A DNA stretch of 64,000 bases from Gemmatimonadota bacterium (GTDB lineage: Bacteria; Gemmatimonadota; Gemmatimonadetes; Palauibacterales; Palauibacteraceae). A model generated the notes under the pieces. The model saw only the letters and a list, made by a program, of their open reading frames with translations, was not told the origin of the DNA and ran no database searches. The position numbers were made by a program, and so were the translations under genes. The stretch is taken from the NCBI GenBank assembly GCA_965116475.1, contig OZ220691.1, positions 1,088,001 through 1,152,000 of the forward strand. The letters run 5' to 3'. Below, in pieces: positions 28,181 to 37,699 of this stretch (within the stretch, counting starts at the first letter, position 1; the number at the start of each line of letters is the position of its first letter).

Positions 28181-28262
28181 GATATTCTGCACCTATCGTT
28201 CCGGCAAGTTGAAGGTCGTATGATGGGACGGAGTCCCGTTCACCCTTGGTATCGAGGTTCAG

Positions 28263-30500
28263 ATGCGTTCCCTTCCCGTCGCCCTCGTTCTTCCCTTCGC
28301 CGCGCTTGCACTGCCGTTTGAGACGCCGCTCGCCGCGCAGGAGCGGCCGTTCACGTTCATGGATGTGCAGGAGATGAAACGCGCCGGTTCGTGGACGCCG
28401 AGTCCGGACGGGGCGTGGATGCTGTACACCGTGACGACGCCCGACTGGGAGGCGGCGGAGTCGCAGACGGACATCCACCTCGTGTCGCTGAGCGAGGGCG
28501 TCGCGTCGGACCGCCGGCTCACCTACACCGAGGACAAGGATGAGCGCAGCCCGACGTGGGCCCCGGACGGGTCGTTCTTCCTCTTCGCCTCCAACCGGGA
28601 TGGGGACGACACCCAGCTCTACATGATGCGCCACGACGGGGGCGAAGCCCGGAAGATCACCGACGCGGCAGAGGGCGTGTCCGGCTTCGCGTTCAGCCCC
28701 GACGGACGCTGGCTCGTCTACCGCTCCGGGGAGAACGGCCGGGAACAACTCTATCGGCTGCCGGCCGACGACCTCGCCGGGGCCGATCCCGAGCAGCTCA
28801 CCGACGGCGAGGCGGGCGTCGACCAGTGGGATTTCTCCCCCGACGGAAGCCGCGTCTACTTCGCGCGCCCCGATTCGTTCGACGAGGACGAGGTGAAGCG
28901 GCGCGAGGAGGGCTTCACGGTCGACGTGCGCAACGCGGTCACCCCGCTCTCGAGCCTGTGGAGCGTGGAGATCGAGACCGCCACGGAGCGCCGCGAGACG
29001 GACGATCCGTCGTACAGCGTGAACGGCTTCACGATCTCCGATGACGGACGCTGGATCGGGATCACGGGCGGCTCGACCAGGCGCTACGAGCGCAACATCA
29101 CGGCGCAGCGCCTCTACGCGGACCTCTATCTGATGGAAGTCGCGACCGGCGAGATCGAGCGACTGACGGACAACTACGAGGTCGGCGAGGGCGGGCTCAG
29201 CTTCTCCCCGGACGGGCGCTGGGTCGCCTTCTCGGCGCCGGACGAGATGGAGCGCTACTCGATGACGGAGAGCCGCGTCTACATCCGCGAGGTGGACGAC
29301 CGCGGGGGCGCGTTCCGGAAGCTGGGGGCGGAGTTCGACCAGAGTTCGAGCGTCGGGTTCTGGTCCGGGGATTCGAACACGATCTACTTCAACGCCGGCG
29401 TGAAGGTGACGACGCAGTTGCACGCGCTGGACGTGGAGACCGGCGCGGTGCGGCAACTCACCGAGGAGCGGGCCGCACTCTCCGTGTCCGAGGATGACGA
29501 CACCGGCACGATCCTGATCAACTACAGCGACCCGAAGACGCCCCCCACCGTGTTCGCCGTCGCGAGCGTGGCCGACGTCCCGGACCGCTCGAAGTGGACG
29601 CAACTCGTCGACGTGAACCCGCAGTTGCGCGAGGTGGCGTTCGGCGACGAGGCCGAGGTCAACTGGCGCTCGTCGGACGGGAAGATGGTCGGCGGCGTCC
29701 TCGTCTACCCCGTTGGCTACGAGGAGGGGACGCGCTATCCGCTCATCGTCGCGATCCACGGGGGCCCGGCGTCGGCCGACATCCTGCGCTTCAACGGCGG
29801 CTACAACGCGCAGGTCTACGCGGGCGCGGGCTACGCCGTGCTCAAGCCCAACTACCGCGGCTCGCGCAACTACGGCAACGCGCACCGCACGGACATCGTC
29901 GGCGACTACTTCACGATGGGCTACGAGGACATCATGACGGGCGTCGACCACCTGATCGCCGAGGGGATCGTGGACGGCGACCGCATGGGCGCGCTGGGCT
30001 GGAGCGCCGGCGGCCACTGGTCCAACTGGATCCTCACGCAGACGGACCGCTTCAAGGCGATCAGTTCGGGCGCCGGGACGATGAACTGGATCAGCATGTA
30101 CGCGCAGAGCGACGTGCAGCGGAACCGCCAGTTCTACGTCGGCGACGGCTTCCTGTACGAGGACTTCGACACCTACTTCGACCAGTCCCCGCTCAAGTAC
30201 ATCGCGAACGCGACGACGCCGACCATGATCCACGTGGTGGAGGGCGACCCGCGCGTGCCGAGCCCGCAGTCGGTGGAACTCCACATGGCGCTCAAGAAGC
30301 TGGACGTGCCGACGGAACTGTTCATGTATCCGGGGCGCAGCCACGGCATCCCGGATCCGCGCAACCGGCTCGTCAAGGCGGTGAGCGAGATGGCGTGGAT
30401 GGACTACTACGTGCGCGGCATCGGCGAGAAGTTCCAGTGGCGCCAGGTCCTCGAAACCCTCGAAGGCGAGGAGGCCCCCACCGTCGTCTCGGAACGCTAG
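28263..30500 (+). CDS. S9 family peptidase with PD40/TolB-like propeller
   Basis: Repeated FSPDG units, IHGGP, PNYRGS, GWSAGG, DPRVP and SHG. Confidence 0.92.
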   Translation: MRSLPVALVLPFAALALPFETPLAAQERPFTFMDVQEMKRAGSWTPSPDGAWMLYTVTTPDWEAAESQTDIHLVSLSEGVASDRRLTYTEDKDERSPTWAPDGSFFLFASNRDGDDTQLYMMRHDGGEARKITDAAEGVSGFAFSPDGRWLVYRSGENGREQLYRLPADDLAGADPEQLTDGEAGVDQWDFSPDGSRVYFARPDSFDEDEVKRREEGFTVDVRNAVTPLSSLWSVEIETATERRETDDPSYSVNGFTISDDGRWIGITGGSTRRYERNITAQRLYADLYLMEVATGEIERLTDNYEVGEGGLSFSPDGRWVAFSAPDEMERYSMTESRVYIREVDDRGGAFRKLGAEFDQSSSVGFWSGDSNTIYFNAGVKVTTQLHALDVETGAVRQLTEERAALSVSEDDDTGTILINYSDPKTPPTVFAVASVADVPDRSKWTQLVDVNPQLREVAFGDEAEVNWRSSDGKMVGGVLVYPVGYEEGTRYPLIVAIHGGPASADILRFNGGYNAQVYAGAGYAVLKPNYRGSRNYGNAHRTDIVGDYFTMGYEDIMTGVDHLIAEGIVDGDRMGALGWSAGGHWSNWILTQTDRFKAISSGAGTMNWISMYAQSDVQRNRQFYVGDGFLYEDFDTYFDQSPLKYIANATTPTMIHVVEGDPRVPSPQSVELHMALKKLDVPTELFMYPGRSHGIPDPRNRLVKAVSEMAWMDYYVRGIGEKFQWRQVLETLEGEEAPTVVSER

Positions 30501-30525
30501 CCGAAGCCCGGGAGCGGGTGAGACC

Positions 30526-31617
30526 GTGAGCCGCCTGGTCTGGCGGGCGACCTGGGTTGCGGCCACCGTCGCGCTCGTGGTGGTGCCTTTCGGTTACGCG
30601 ATCACCGAGGTCCACCGGGACGTCTTGATGGGAGCGGGCTGCGGGCTCGCCATCGGAGTGGGTATCGGTCTCCGGGGAGGCGCGCAGGCCGGCCCCTGGA
30701 TGGGGATCCTGATCGGTTCGATTGTCGGGATCTTCACCGCGTTGGTCGCCGGCGTGGCCCCCTGGGACGGACTCGGGGTTCTTGTGCCACCCATTCTGGC
30801 CCTGGCGGTCGGCATGCATGATGGGCTCCGCGAGACTTCCTTCTCTCGCTATCGGGACATGAGCCGCGAGACGTTCATCGTGTCCGTCCTGCTCGGCCTG
30901 GGGTTCTTCCCCGGCCTGGTCGCGTCGGGAGAGTTGGAGGCCGCGGTGATGTTCACGATGGCTCCGCTCGCATGCATGCCCTGGATCGCGCTGATATCCG
31001 GCCTGCTCAGCCACCGCCGCGAGGGATGGCACGATACACGTCCCCCGCGACTGCTGGTCGTGAGTGCGGTGCTGCTGCTTGCTTTGCTGCTCTATCTGAT
31101 GGTGGACGAGCAAATGAGGCTGGATCGTGTAGCCCAACGCACGGTCCCTGCCCTGCAATACGTCGGTATCATGGGGCTTGGGCTGGCCGCGGTCTCCGCC
31201 GGCGCGTTTCTGCTGGGGCGCGTCGTCATCATGTGGTTGCAGCCGCGGCTCCGGGTGTACGGCCGGCTTGCCGACTACCTGCGCATCATGTGGGTCCCCA
31301 TCGGCGGGTTCGCGGTCGGCTACCTGATGATCATCGTGCTGTTCGCCGGCTTCTACGGAATGCTGGAGCGGTTCAGCCCCGGGGCGTTCGCCGACGCCGC
31401 CGTCGGGATCAAGGAATGGATCTTCTTCGCGTTCTACACCGGCCTCGCCCAGGACTACGCGACCGTCGTCCCCGTCTCGGACGGCGCCCGTTTGCTCGTC
31501 GGCGCCCACCTGATCCTCTCGGCGGGGTGGGTCGTCGTACTGTTCGCGGCGGTGATGTCGTTCATCGGCCCGAAACTGGAGAGGATCGCCAGACGCCACG
31601 CGGAGGAAGAATCGTGA
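30526..31617 (+). CDS. Multi-pass membrane protein with a C-terminal 2TM pore-like (Ion_trans_2-like) module, paralog 1
   Basis: Many TM helices. LFAGFYG.LE...FFAFYTGLAQDYATVVPVSDGARLLV. Confidence 0.7.
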   Translation: MSRLVWRATWVAATVALVVVPFGYAITEVHRDVLMGAGCGLAIGVGIGLRGGAQAGPWMGILIGSIVGIFTALVAGVAPWDGLGVLVPPILALAVGMHDGLRETSFSRYRDMSRETFIVSVLLGLGFFPGLVASGELEAAVMFTMAPLACMPWIALISGLLSHRREGWHDTRPPRLLVVSAVLLLALLLYLMVDEQMRLDRVAQRTVPALQYVGIMGLGLAAVSAGAFLLGRVVIMWLQPRLRVYGRLADYLRIMWVPIGGFAVGYLMIIVLFAGFYGMLERFSPGAFADAAVGIKEWIFFAFYTGLAQDYATVVPVSDGARLLVGAHLILSAGWVVVLFAAVMSFIGPKLERIARRHAEEES

Positions 31618-32702
31618 ACCGGTTGATCTCGCTGGGGGTCCGGATTGCGGCCGCCGTCGCCTTCATCGTCGCGACCTGCGGGTATGCGATCACGGGGAAC
31701 CACACCGACGTCTTGCTGGGAGCGGGGTGTGCGGTCGCCATCGGCTTGGGCGTGGGTCTTCGCGGGGGATCGAGCGGGGGCCCGGGGGTCGGCATCCTGA
31801 TCGGCTCGATCGTGGGGGTCGTCACGGCGTTCCTGGCCGGCGCGCTGAGCGTCGGTTGGGGCGTCATCATTCCGCCCCTCGGTCCATTGGCGGTCGGCTT
31901 GATCGGCGGGCTGGACCGGTCGTCCCTCTCCGGGTACCGGGATGTGAGCCGGGAGATGTTCGTCGTGGCGGTCCTGCTGAGCCTGGGGTTCATCCCCGCG
32001 CTGGTCGTGGGTGACGTTCCCCTGGCGCCGCTGGTGGCGGCGTTCCCGCTCGTGGCCGTGCCCTGGGGCGCACTGCTGATCGGTCTCATCAGCCGGCGGC
32101 GCGAGGGATGGGACAACGCCCGGCCTCCCCGGCTCCTGGTCCTCGGCGCGGTTGCGCTGCCCGTCCTGATGGGGCTCCTGTTCGGGTTCGGGGTGGTACG
32201 GGAAGACGTCGGGTTGTCGGGCATCGCCGAGGTTCTCTCGATTGTTCTCGTCATCATCATCCCGCTCGTCCTGCTCCCGCTGACCGCGTTTCTCAGCGGG
32301 CGCGCCGCCGCCACCTGGCTGCGTCCCCGGCTTGAAGTGTACGGCCAGCTCGCGGCGTACCTGCGGGTCATGTGGGTCCCGATCGGCGGGTTCGCGCTCG
32401 GATACCTGACGATCATCTTCCTCTTCGCGGGCTTCTACGGAACGCTCGAGCGCTTCCGCCCGGGCTCGTTCGCCGACGCCGGCACCGGGATCGCGGATTG
32501 GGTGTCCTTTGCCTTCTTTACCGCCCTCGCCCAGGATTACGCGGCCATCGTCCCCGTCTCGGCCAGCGCCCGGATGCTGGTCGGCTTACACTTGATCCTC
32601 TCGGTGGGCTGGGCGCTGGTGCTGTTCGCGGCGGTGATGACGTCCATCGAGCCGAAGCTGGCCCGGATCGCGCGGCGACACGCCGAGGAAGACGCCGACT
32701 GA
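31614..32702 (+). CDS. Multi-pass membrane protein with a C-terminal 2TM pore-like module, paralog 2
   Basis: GTG at 31614 overlaps the paralog 1 stop. Colinear with paralog 1. SFAFFTALAQDYAAIVPVSASARMLV. Confidence 0.7.
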   Translation: MNRLISLGVRIAAAVAFIVATCGYAITGNHTDVLLGAGCAVAIGLGVGLRGGSSGGPGVGILIGSIVGVVTAFLAGALSVGWGVIIPPLGPLAVGLIGGLDRSSLSGYRDVSREMFVVAVLLSLGFIPALVVGDVPLAPLVAAFPLVAVPWGALLIGLISRRREGWDNARPPRLLVLGAVALPVLMGLLFGFGVVREDVGLSGIAEVLSIVLVIIIPLVLLPLTAFLSGRAAATWLRPRLEVYGQLAAYLRVMWVPIGGFALGYLTIIFLFAGFYGTLERFRPGSFADAGTGIADWVSFAFFTALAQDYAAIVPVSASARMLVGLHLILSVGWALVLFAAVMTSIEPKLARIARRHAEEDAD

Positions 32703-32737
32703 CGAACTGCCCACGGAACTGTGTTGGAGGATTCCCA

Positions 32738-33631
32738 ATGACCAGGAGAAAGCAGGCGAGCGACTTCCCCCAGGAGGTGCTGGCCCTCTTCGATGGCTAC
32801 GTGCATGGGTTCATTCGACGGCGGGACTTCCTGAAGGGAGCCGGGAAGGTGCTGGGCAGCAGCGCGGCCGCCGTCGCGGTCCTCGAGGCGCTTCGTCCCA
32901 ACTACGCGTGGGCGCGGCAGGTGGCGACCGACGATGCCCGAATCCGGCAGGAGTACGTCACCTACCCTTCGCCGGACGGCTCGGGGACCATGCGCGGCTA
33001 CATGGCCGTGCCCGTCGACGCGACGGAGCCCAGGCCTGCGGTCCTCGTCATCCACGAGAACCGCGGCTTGAACCCCTACATCGAAGACGTGGTCCGCAGG
33101 TTCGCCGCCGCGGACTTCGTGGCGCTGGGGCCGGACGCGCTTACCCCCCTGGGCGGCTATCCCGGCAACGACGACGAGGGCCGTGTGATGCAGCGGCAGC
33201 TCGACCGGGACACGATGATGGAGGACTGGGTGGCCGCGTTCCGGTTCCTCCGCGACCACGAGACGACCACCGGGCGAGTCGGGGCCGTCGGGTTCTGCTA
33301 CGGCGGCGGAGTGGTGAATCAGCTCGCAGTCCGCCTTCCGGATCTGGGCGCGGGTGTGCCGTTCTACGGGTCGGCCGCGGCCGCGGAGGACGTGCCCTCC
33401 ATACAGGCGCCCCTGATGATCCAGCTCGCGGGCCTGGATGAGCGGATCAACACCGCCTACCCGGCCTACCAGGAGGCGCTGGAGGCGCACGGAAAGTCCT
33501 TCGTGGTCCACGTCTACGACGGAGCCAACCACGGCTTCCACAACGACACCACGCCACGCTACGACCAGGAAGCCGCCAGCCTCGCACAGGAGCGGACCAT
33601 CGCGTTCTTCAACGAGCACCTGCGGGGCTGA
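32738..33631 (+). CDS. Dienelactone hydrolase family protein (YghX-like)
   Basis: YVHG.I.RRDFL, IHENRGLNPYIEDV, GFCYGG and HGFHNDTTPRYD. Confidence 0.92.
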   Translation: MTRRKQASDFPQEVLALFDGYVHGFIRRRDFLKGAGKVLGSSAAAVAVLEALRPNYAWARQVATDDARIRQEYVTYPSPDGSGTMRGYMAVPVDATEPRPAVLVIHENRGLNPYIEDVVRRFAAADFVALGPDALTPLGGYPGNDDEGRVMQRQLDRDTMMEDWVAAFRFLRDHETTTGRVGAVGFCYGGGVVNQLAVRLPDLGAGVPFYGSAAAAEDVPSIQAPLMIQLAGLDERINTAYPAYQEALEAHGKSFVVHVYDGANHGFHNDTTPRYDQEAASLAQERTIAFFNEHLRG

Positions 33632-33643
33632 AGCCGCCGGTGT

Positions 33644-35776
33644 TCACGGCGCCGAGCGTGGACGCGCGCTGCGCCTCCACCACCGCGGCACGGCCGTCGC
33701 ATGCACGTCGTAGAGGTGCCGCAGGTCGATGATGTCGCGCGGCGAGCCCAGGATCGTGAGGCGATCGCCCGTCTCCACGACGGTGTCGTCGTGGGGTACG
33801 ATGAGCTGTCCGCGCCGCCGGATCATCGCGGCGAGCGTGGTCTCCGGTAGCGCCATCTCACGAATCGTCATCCCCGCCAGCGTGCTGCTCGCGCCCTCCG
33901 GAAGCACCTCCACGATGAGCATGCGCTCGTCGCGCAGCATGACCTCGCGCAGCTCCAGGTTGTCCTCCGCTTCGAGCCACTCGATCAGGAAGCTCTCGTC
34001 GTCCACGCGACCGGCGATCTGCGCCAGGATGCGCAGGTGGCGGCCGTGGTCGGCCGCGGGGCTCGCGAGGAAAAAGGCGGCCTGGATGAGTTCGTCTTCG
34101 GCCGGCGGCACGTCGGGCTCCCCCGTGTCGATCTCGATCCCGCCGCGAACGCGGGCGAGGACCATGCGCGGCCCGGGGATCTCGTCCAGGTGCAGGTGCG
34201 GCAGGACGACGCCCTCCGACATCGGCGTGAGGCCCGTGCCGGTGCCCTCGAGGAGTCCCCGCGCGACGCGGCCGGCGCTCACGCCCAACTGTTGCGAAAG
34301 GGCCTCCGACGCGCGGTCCACCAGCTTCGAGAAGGGAACCGCGCCCTCGTAGTCCAGCACATCCGAAGAGGCGATGAGTTCCTCGAAGGGGTCCGCGTCG
34401 CGCAGTCCCTTCTCCTTCAGGATCCCGCGCAACTCGCGCTCCAGCCCCTCGTTCCGCTGCTGGCCGAGCCGCTCGAACACGTGGTAGATCGCCCCCTCCC
34501 GGCGCACGTGGTCCCGGGCGTAGACGCGGTACCAGAGGAGGCCGAACGCGACGAACGCGACGCTGAACAGCGTCGCCATCCATCCCATCTGGACGATCAG
34601 CGGGAGCGGGATGACGATGCCGACGACCTGGACCCAGGGGTAGAACGGAGCACGGAAGCCGGGGTCGTACGGTGCGAGGCCGCTCTCGCGCATGACGATC
34701 ACCGCGAGGCACGCGAGCGCGAACATGATGAGCTGGAAGGCGCTCGCCAGCTTCGCGATGCCCGATGGGTCGAAAAGCACCAGCCACAGGACGATCAGTC
34801 CCGCCGTCGCGAGGATCGCGACCCACGGCGTGCCCCAGCGGCTGATCCGGCGCATGGCCGCCGGCAGCACGTGGTCGCGGCTCATGGCCAGCGGGTAACG
34901 GCTCGCGGCAAGCACCCCGGCGTTGCCGACCAACGTGAAGGCCAGGATGGCGGCTACGGTCATGACGGCTTCACCCGTGGGACCCACGACGGCCCTCGCC
35001 ATCGCCGCCGCCGGGGCCAGGTTGCCGCCATCGGCGGAGAGTGCCTCCACGCCGACCGCCCCCACCATCGCCCAGGTGCCGAGCACGTAGATGAGCAGCA
35101 CCGTGACGAAGGCCAGCAGCATGCCCAGCGCCAGATTGCGGTCCGGGTTCTTCACCTCTTCCGACACCGAGGCCACATGGGTAATCCCCATGTAGGAAAC
35201 GATCACCAGCCCCACGGTGGAGAAGAACGGCGAGGTCCCCAGGTCGAACGCTCCGGCGAAGGCATCGGGGTCCACGGCCGTCACGCCCGCCCCGATGAGC
35301 CAGCCCAGCATGGCCAGGAGGACCACCGTCAGGACCATCTGGATGGAGCTGGTCTTCTTGGCGCCGAAGAGGTTGATCGCGGCGAAACCCAGCGCGAAGG
35401 CGAAGGCGATGGGGCCGGAGGGGGCGTCGGGGAAGTAGACCTGCAGGTAGGCGCCGAGGCCCACGAGGGCGAAGGCGGACTTGAGCGTCAGCGTCGCCCA
35501 GGTGCCGAAGCCGCCGATCGCTCCCACCCGCTGGCCCATGCTGCGGTCCAGGAAGTAGTAGATGCCGCCGGCGCGCGGCATGGCGGTCGACAGCTCGGCC
35601 ATGCTGAGGATGCCGGGCAGGAGCAGGAGCCCCGCCAGCAGGTAGGCGACGGGGATCGCGCCGCCGGCCTGCGCGGCGGCGAGACCGGGCAGCAGAAAGA
35701 AGCCCGAACTGAGCGTCGCGCCGGTCGCAATGGCGTACACGTCGAACAGCCCGAGTTCGCGCTTGAGTGTGCCCAT
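33644..35776 (-). CDS. APC amino-acid permease fused to PTS EIIA-like and TrkA_C (RCK_C) domains
   Basis: LKRELGL, AELSTAMPRAGG, SEEVKNP. Then TGLTPMSEGVVLPH...HLRILAQIA (EIIA) and LAGMTIREMALP...GDRLTILG (RCK_C). Confidence 0.88.
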   Translation of the reverse strand: MGTLKRELGLFDVYAIATGATLSSGFFLLPGLAAAQAGGAIPVAYLLAGLLLLPGILSMAELSTAMPRAGGIYYFLDRSMGQRVGAIGGFGTWATLTLKSAFALVGLGAYLQVYFPDAPSGPIAFAFALGFAAINLFGAKKTSSIQMVLTVVLLAMLGWLIGAGVTAVDPDAFAGAFDLGTSPFFSTVGLVIVSYMGITHVASVSEEVKNPDRNLALGMLLAFVTVLLIYVLGTWAMVGAVGVEALSADGGNLAPAAAMARAVVGPTGEAVMTVAAILAFTLVGNAGVLAASRYPLAMSRDHVLPAAMRRISRWGTPWVAILATAGLIVLWLVLFDPSGIAKLASAFQLIMFALACLAVIVMRESGLAPYDPGFRAPFYPWVQVVGIVIPLPLIVQMGWMATLFSVAFVAFGLLWYRVYARDHVRREGAIYHVFERLGQQRNEGLERELRGILKEKGLRDADPFEELIASSDVLDYEGAVPFSKLVDRASEALSQQLGVSAGRVARGLLEGTGTGLTPMSEGVVLPHLHLDEIPGPRMVLARVRGGIEIDTGEPDVPPAEDELIQAAFFLASPAADHGRHLRILAQIAGRVDDESFLIEWLEAEDNLELREVMLRDERMLIVEVLPEGASSTLAGMTIREMALPETTLAAMIRRRGQLIVPHDDTVVETGDRLTILGSPRDIIDLRHLYDVHATAVPRWWRRSARPRSAP

Positions 35777-35889
35777 GGCTGCAATGTGGCTCCCTGTCGC
35801 GGTCGTGATCGTCGGACCGGTCTACCCGGGTTCCGGGCATCCGGCCGGCCGGACTGGTGCCGGGACGTGCGGGCGGCGAACATCCTCAC

Positions 35890-37668
35890 ATGACGTTCGA
35901 CATCGCATTCGTGCTCGCCCTGACCCTGGCGGCGCTCGTCCTGTTCGCCCTCGACCGGCTGCGGCTGGACCAGGTCGCCATGTCGGTGCCGGTGGTCCTC
36001 CTCCTGAGCGGCATCCTCACGCCGGCCGAAGCCGTATCGGGCCTGTCGAGCCGCGCGACCGTGACGGTGGGGTCGATGCTCGTGCTCGGCCTGGGGCTCC
36101 GCAAGACCGGTCTCGTGTCCGCCATCGGGGCCTGGGCGCGCACCGCGCCCCTCGGCGGCAAGTACTCCCGCATGTTCGTGCTCTGCCTCGTCTGCGCGCT
36201 CCTTTCACCCTTCCTCATGACTACCGCCGTCGTGATGGTGTTCCTGCCCGTCTTCGTCGCGCTCGCCGATCAGGCCGAGGAGCCAGCCTCGCGGTATCTC
36301 ATGCCGCTCTCCTTCGTCTCGATTCTCGGGGGCACCGTCACCCTGATGGGGACCTCCACCAACCTGGTCGTGCACGGCGAAGCGATGCGGCGCGGGTTCG
36401 ACGAACTCCACATGTTCTCGATCACTCCGCTCGGCCTGATCTGTCTCGCCGTGGGCCTGCTGTACCTCTTCACCGCCGGCCGGGTGCTCCTGCCGCGGCG
36501 CGCCCGGGCGCCGGACCTGTCCAGCAAGTACGACATCCGCCGCTTCGTCACGGAACTCCACGTCCCGGAGGATTCGCCGGCCAACGGCCGCTCGCTGGCC
36601 GAACTCAAGTGGGGCGAACGGTACGGCGTCACGGTGCTGGACATCGAACGGGGCGAACAGGAGATCACCGCGCCGCACGGAGACCGCCACATACGGCCGG
36701 GTGACGTCCTCTACGTGCAGGGGCCCGCCGAACGCCTCCTCGAACTCGCGCGACGGCAGCGACTCGAGACCCCGAGGGAGCGGAAGGAACAGGGACTCGA
36801 CCTCGCGGGCGGCGGCGGACGGCTGGTCGAAGTCCTCGTGGCGCCCGGATCGAGCCTCGTAAGCCGGACGCTCCGCGATCTGAACTTCGCGCAGCGTTAC
36901 GATGCGGCCGTGCTCGCGATCCAGCATCACGGCGTCACCGTGACGGAGCGGCTGGCGGAGGTTTCGTTCCACGTCGGCGACATGCTCCTGGTGCACGGGA
37001 GGGCGAGCGCGCTCGGGCGCCTCGTCGAAGATCCCGGGTTCGTGCCCGTGGGAGAAGTGAAGGCCCAGACGGGACGCAGACCGCGGGCCGGCGTGGCTGC
37101 CGCGATCATGGTCGGCGTCGTGCTCAGCGCCAGCCTCGGCCTCCTCGACATCATGACGGCCGCGCTCTCGGGCGTCGGCCTCATGGTGTTCACGCGCTGC
37201 GTGCGCGTCGAGGAGATCTACGCGGAGATGGAGTGGCTGGTCCTCTTCGTGCTGGCCGGCCTGATTCCGCTCGGGGTGGCGCTCGAGACCACCGGGGCGG
37301 CGGAGTTGCTCGCGCGCGGCGTCGTGGCGGCGACGGCGCCGCTGGGCGCGGCCGGACTCGTCGCGGCCTTCTACCTGGTGACCGTCGTCATGACCGCCAT
37401 CGTGTCCAACGCGGCGACGGCCGTGATGCTCACGCCGGTCGCGATCCTCGCGGCCACGCAGGCCGGCGTGAACCCGTACGCGCTCCTCGTCGCCGTCATG
37501 TTCGGCGCATCGGCCTCGTTCGTCACGCCCTTCGGCTATCAGACCAACGTCATGATCTACGGGCCGGGCGGATACCGCTTCTCGGACTTCGTGAAGGTGG
37601 GCGGCCTGCTGAACCTCGTCCTCCTCATCACGGCCAGCCTCCTCATCCCCATCTTCTGGCCGAGCTAG
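35890..37668 (+). CDS. SLC13/DASS family permease with two TrkA_C domains
   Basis: GGTVTLMGTSTNL, SNAATA, TPFGYQTNVMIYGPGGYRFSDF. Confidence 0.92.
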   Translation: MTFDIAFVLALTLAALVLFALDRLRLDQVAMSVPVVLLLSGILTPAEAVSGLSSRATVTVGSMLVLGLGLRKTGLVSAIGAWARTAPLGGKYSRMFVLCLVCALLSPFLMTTAVVMVFLPVFVALADQAEEPASRYLMPLSFVSILGGTVTLMGTSTNLVVHGEAMRRGFDELHMFSITPLGLICLAVGLLYLFTAGRVLLPRRARAPDLSSKYDIRRFVTELHVPEDSPANGRSLAELKWGERYGVTVLDIERGEQEITAPHGDRHIRPGDVLYVQGPAERLLELARRQRLETPRERKEQGLDLAGGGGRLVEVLVAPGSSLVSRTLRDLNFAQRYDAAVLAIQHHGVTVTERLAEVSFHVGDMLLVHGRASALGRLVEDPGFVPVGEVKAQTGRRPRAGVAAAIMVGVVLSASLGLLDIMTAALSGVGLMVFTRCVRVEEIYAEMEWLVLFVLAGLIPLGVALETTGAAELLARGVVAATAPLGAAGLVAAFYLVTVVMTAIVSNAATAVMLTPVAILAATQAGVNPYALLVAVMFGASASFVTPFGYQTNVMIYGPGGYRFSDFVKVGGLLNLVLLITASLLIPIFWPS

Positions 37669-37699
37669 CAGCCCGTGGAACGACGCCGGCGCCTGACCA

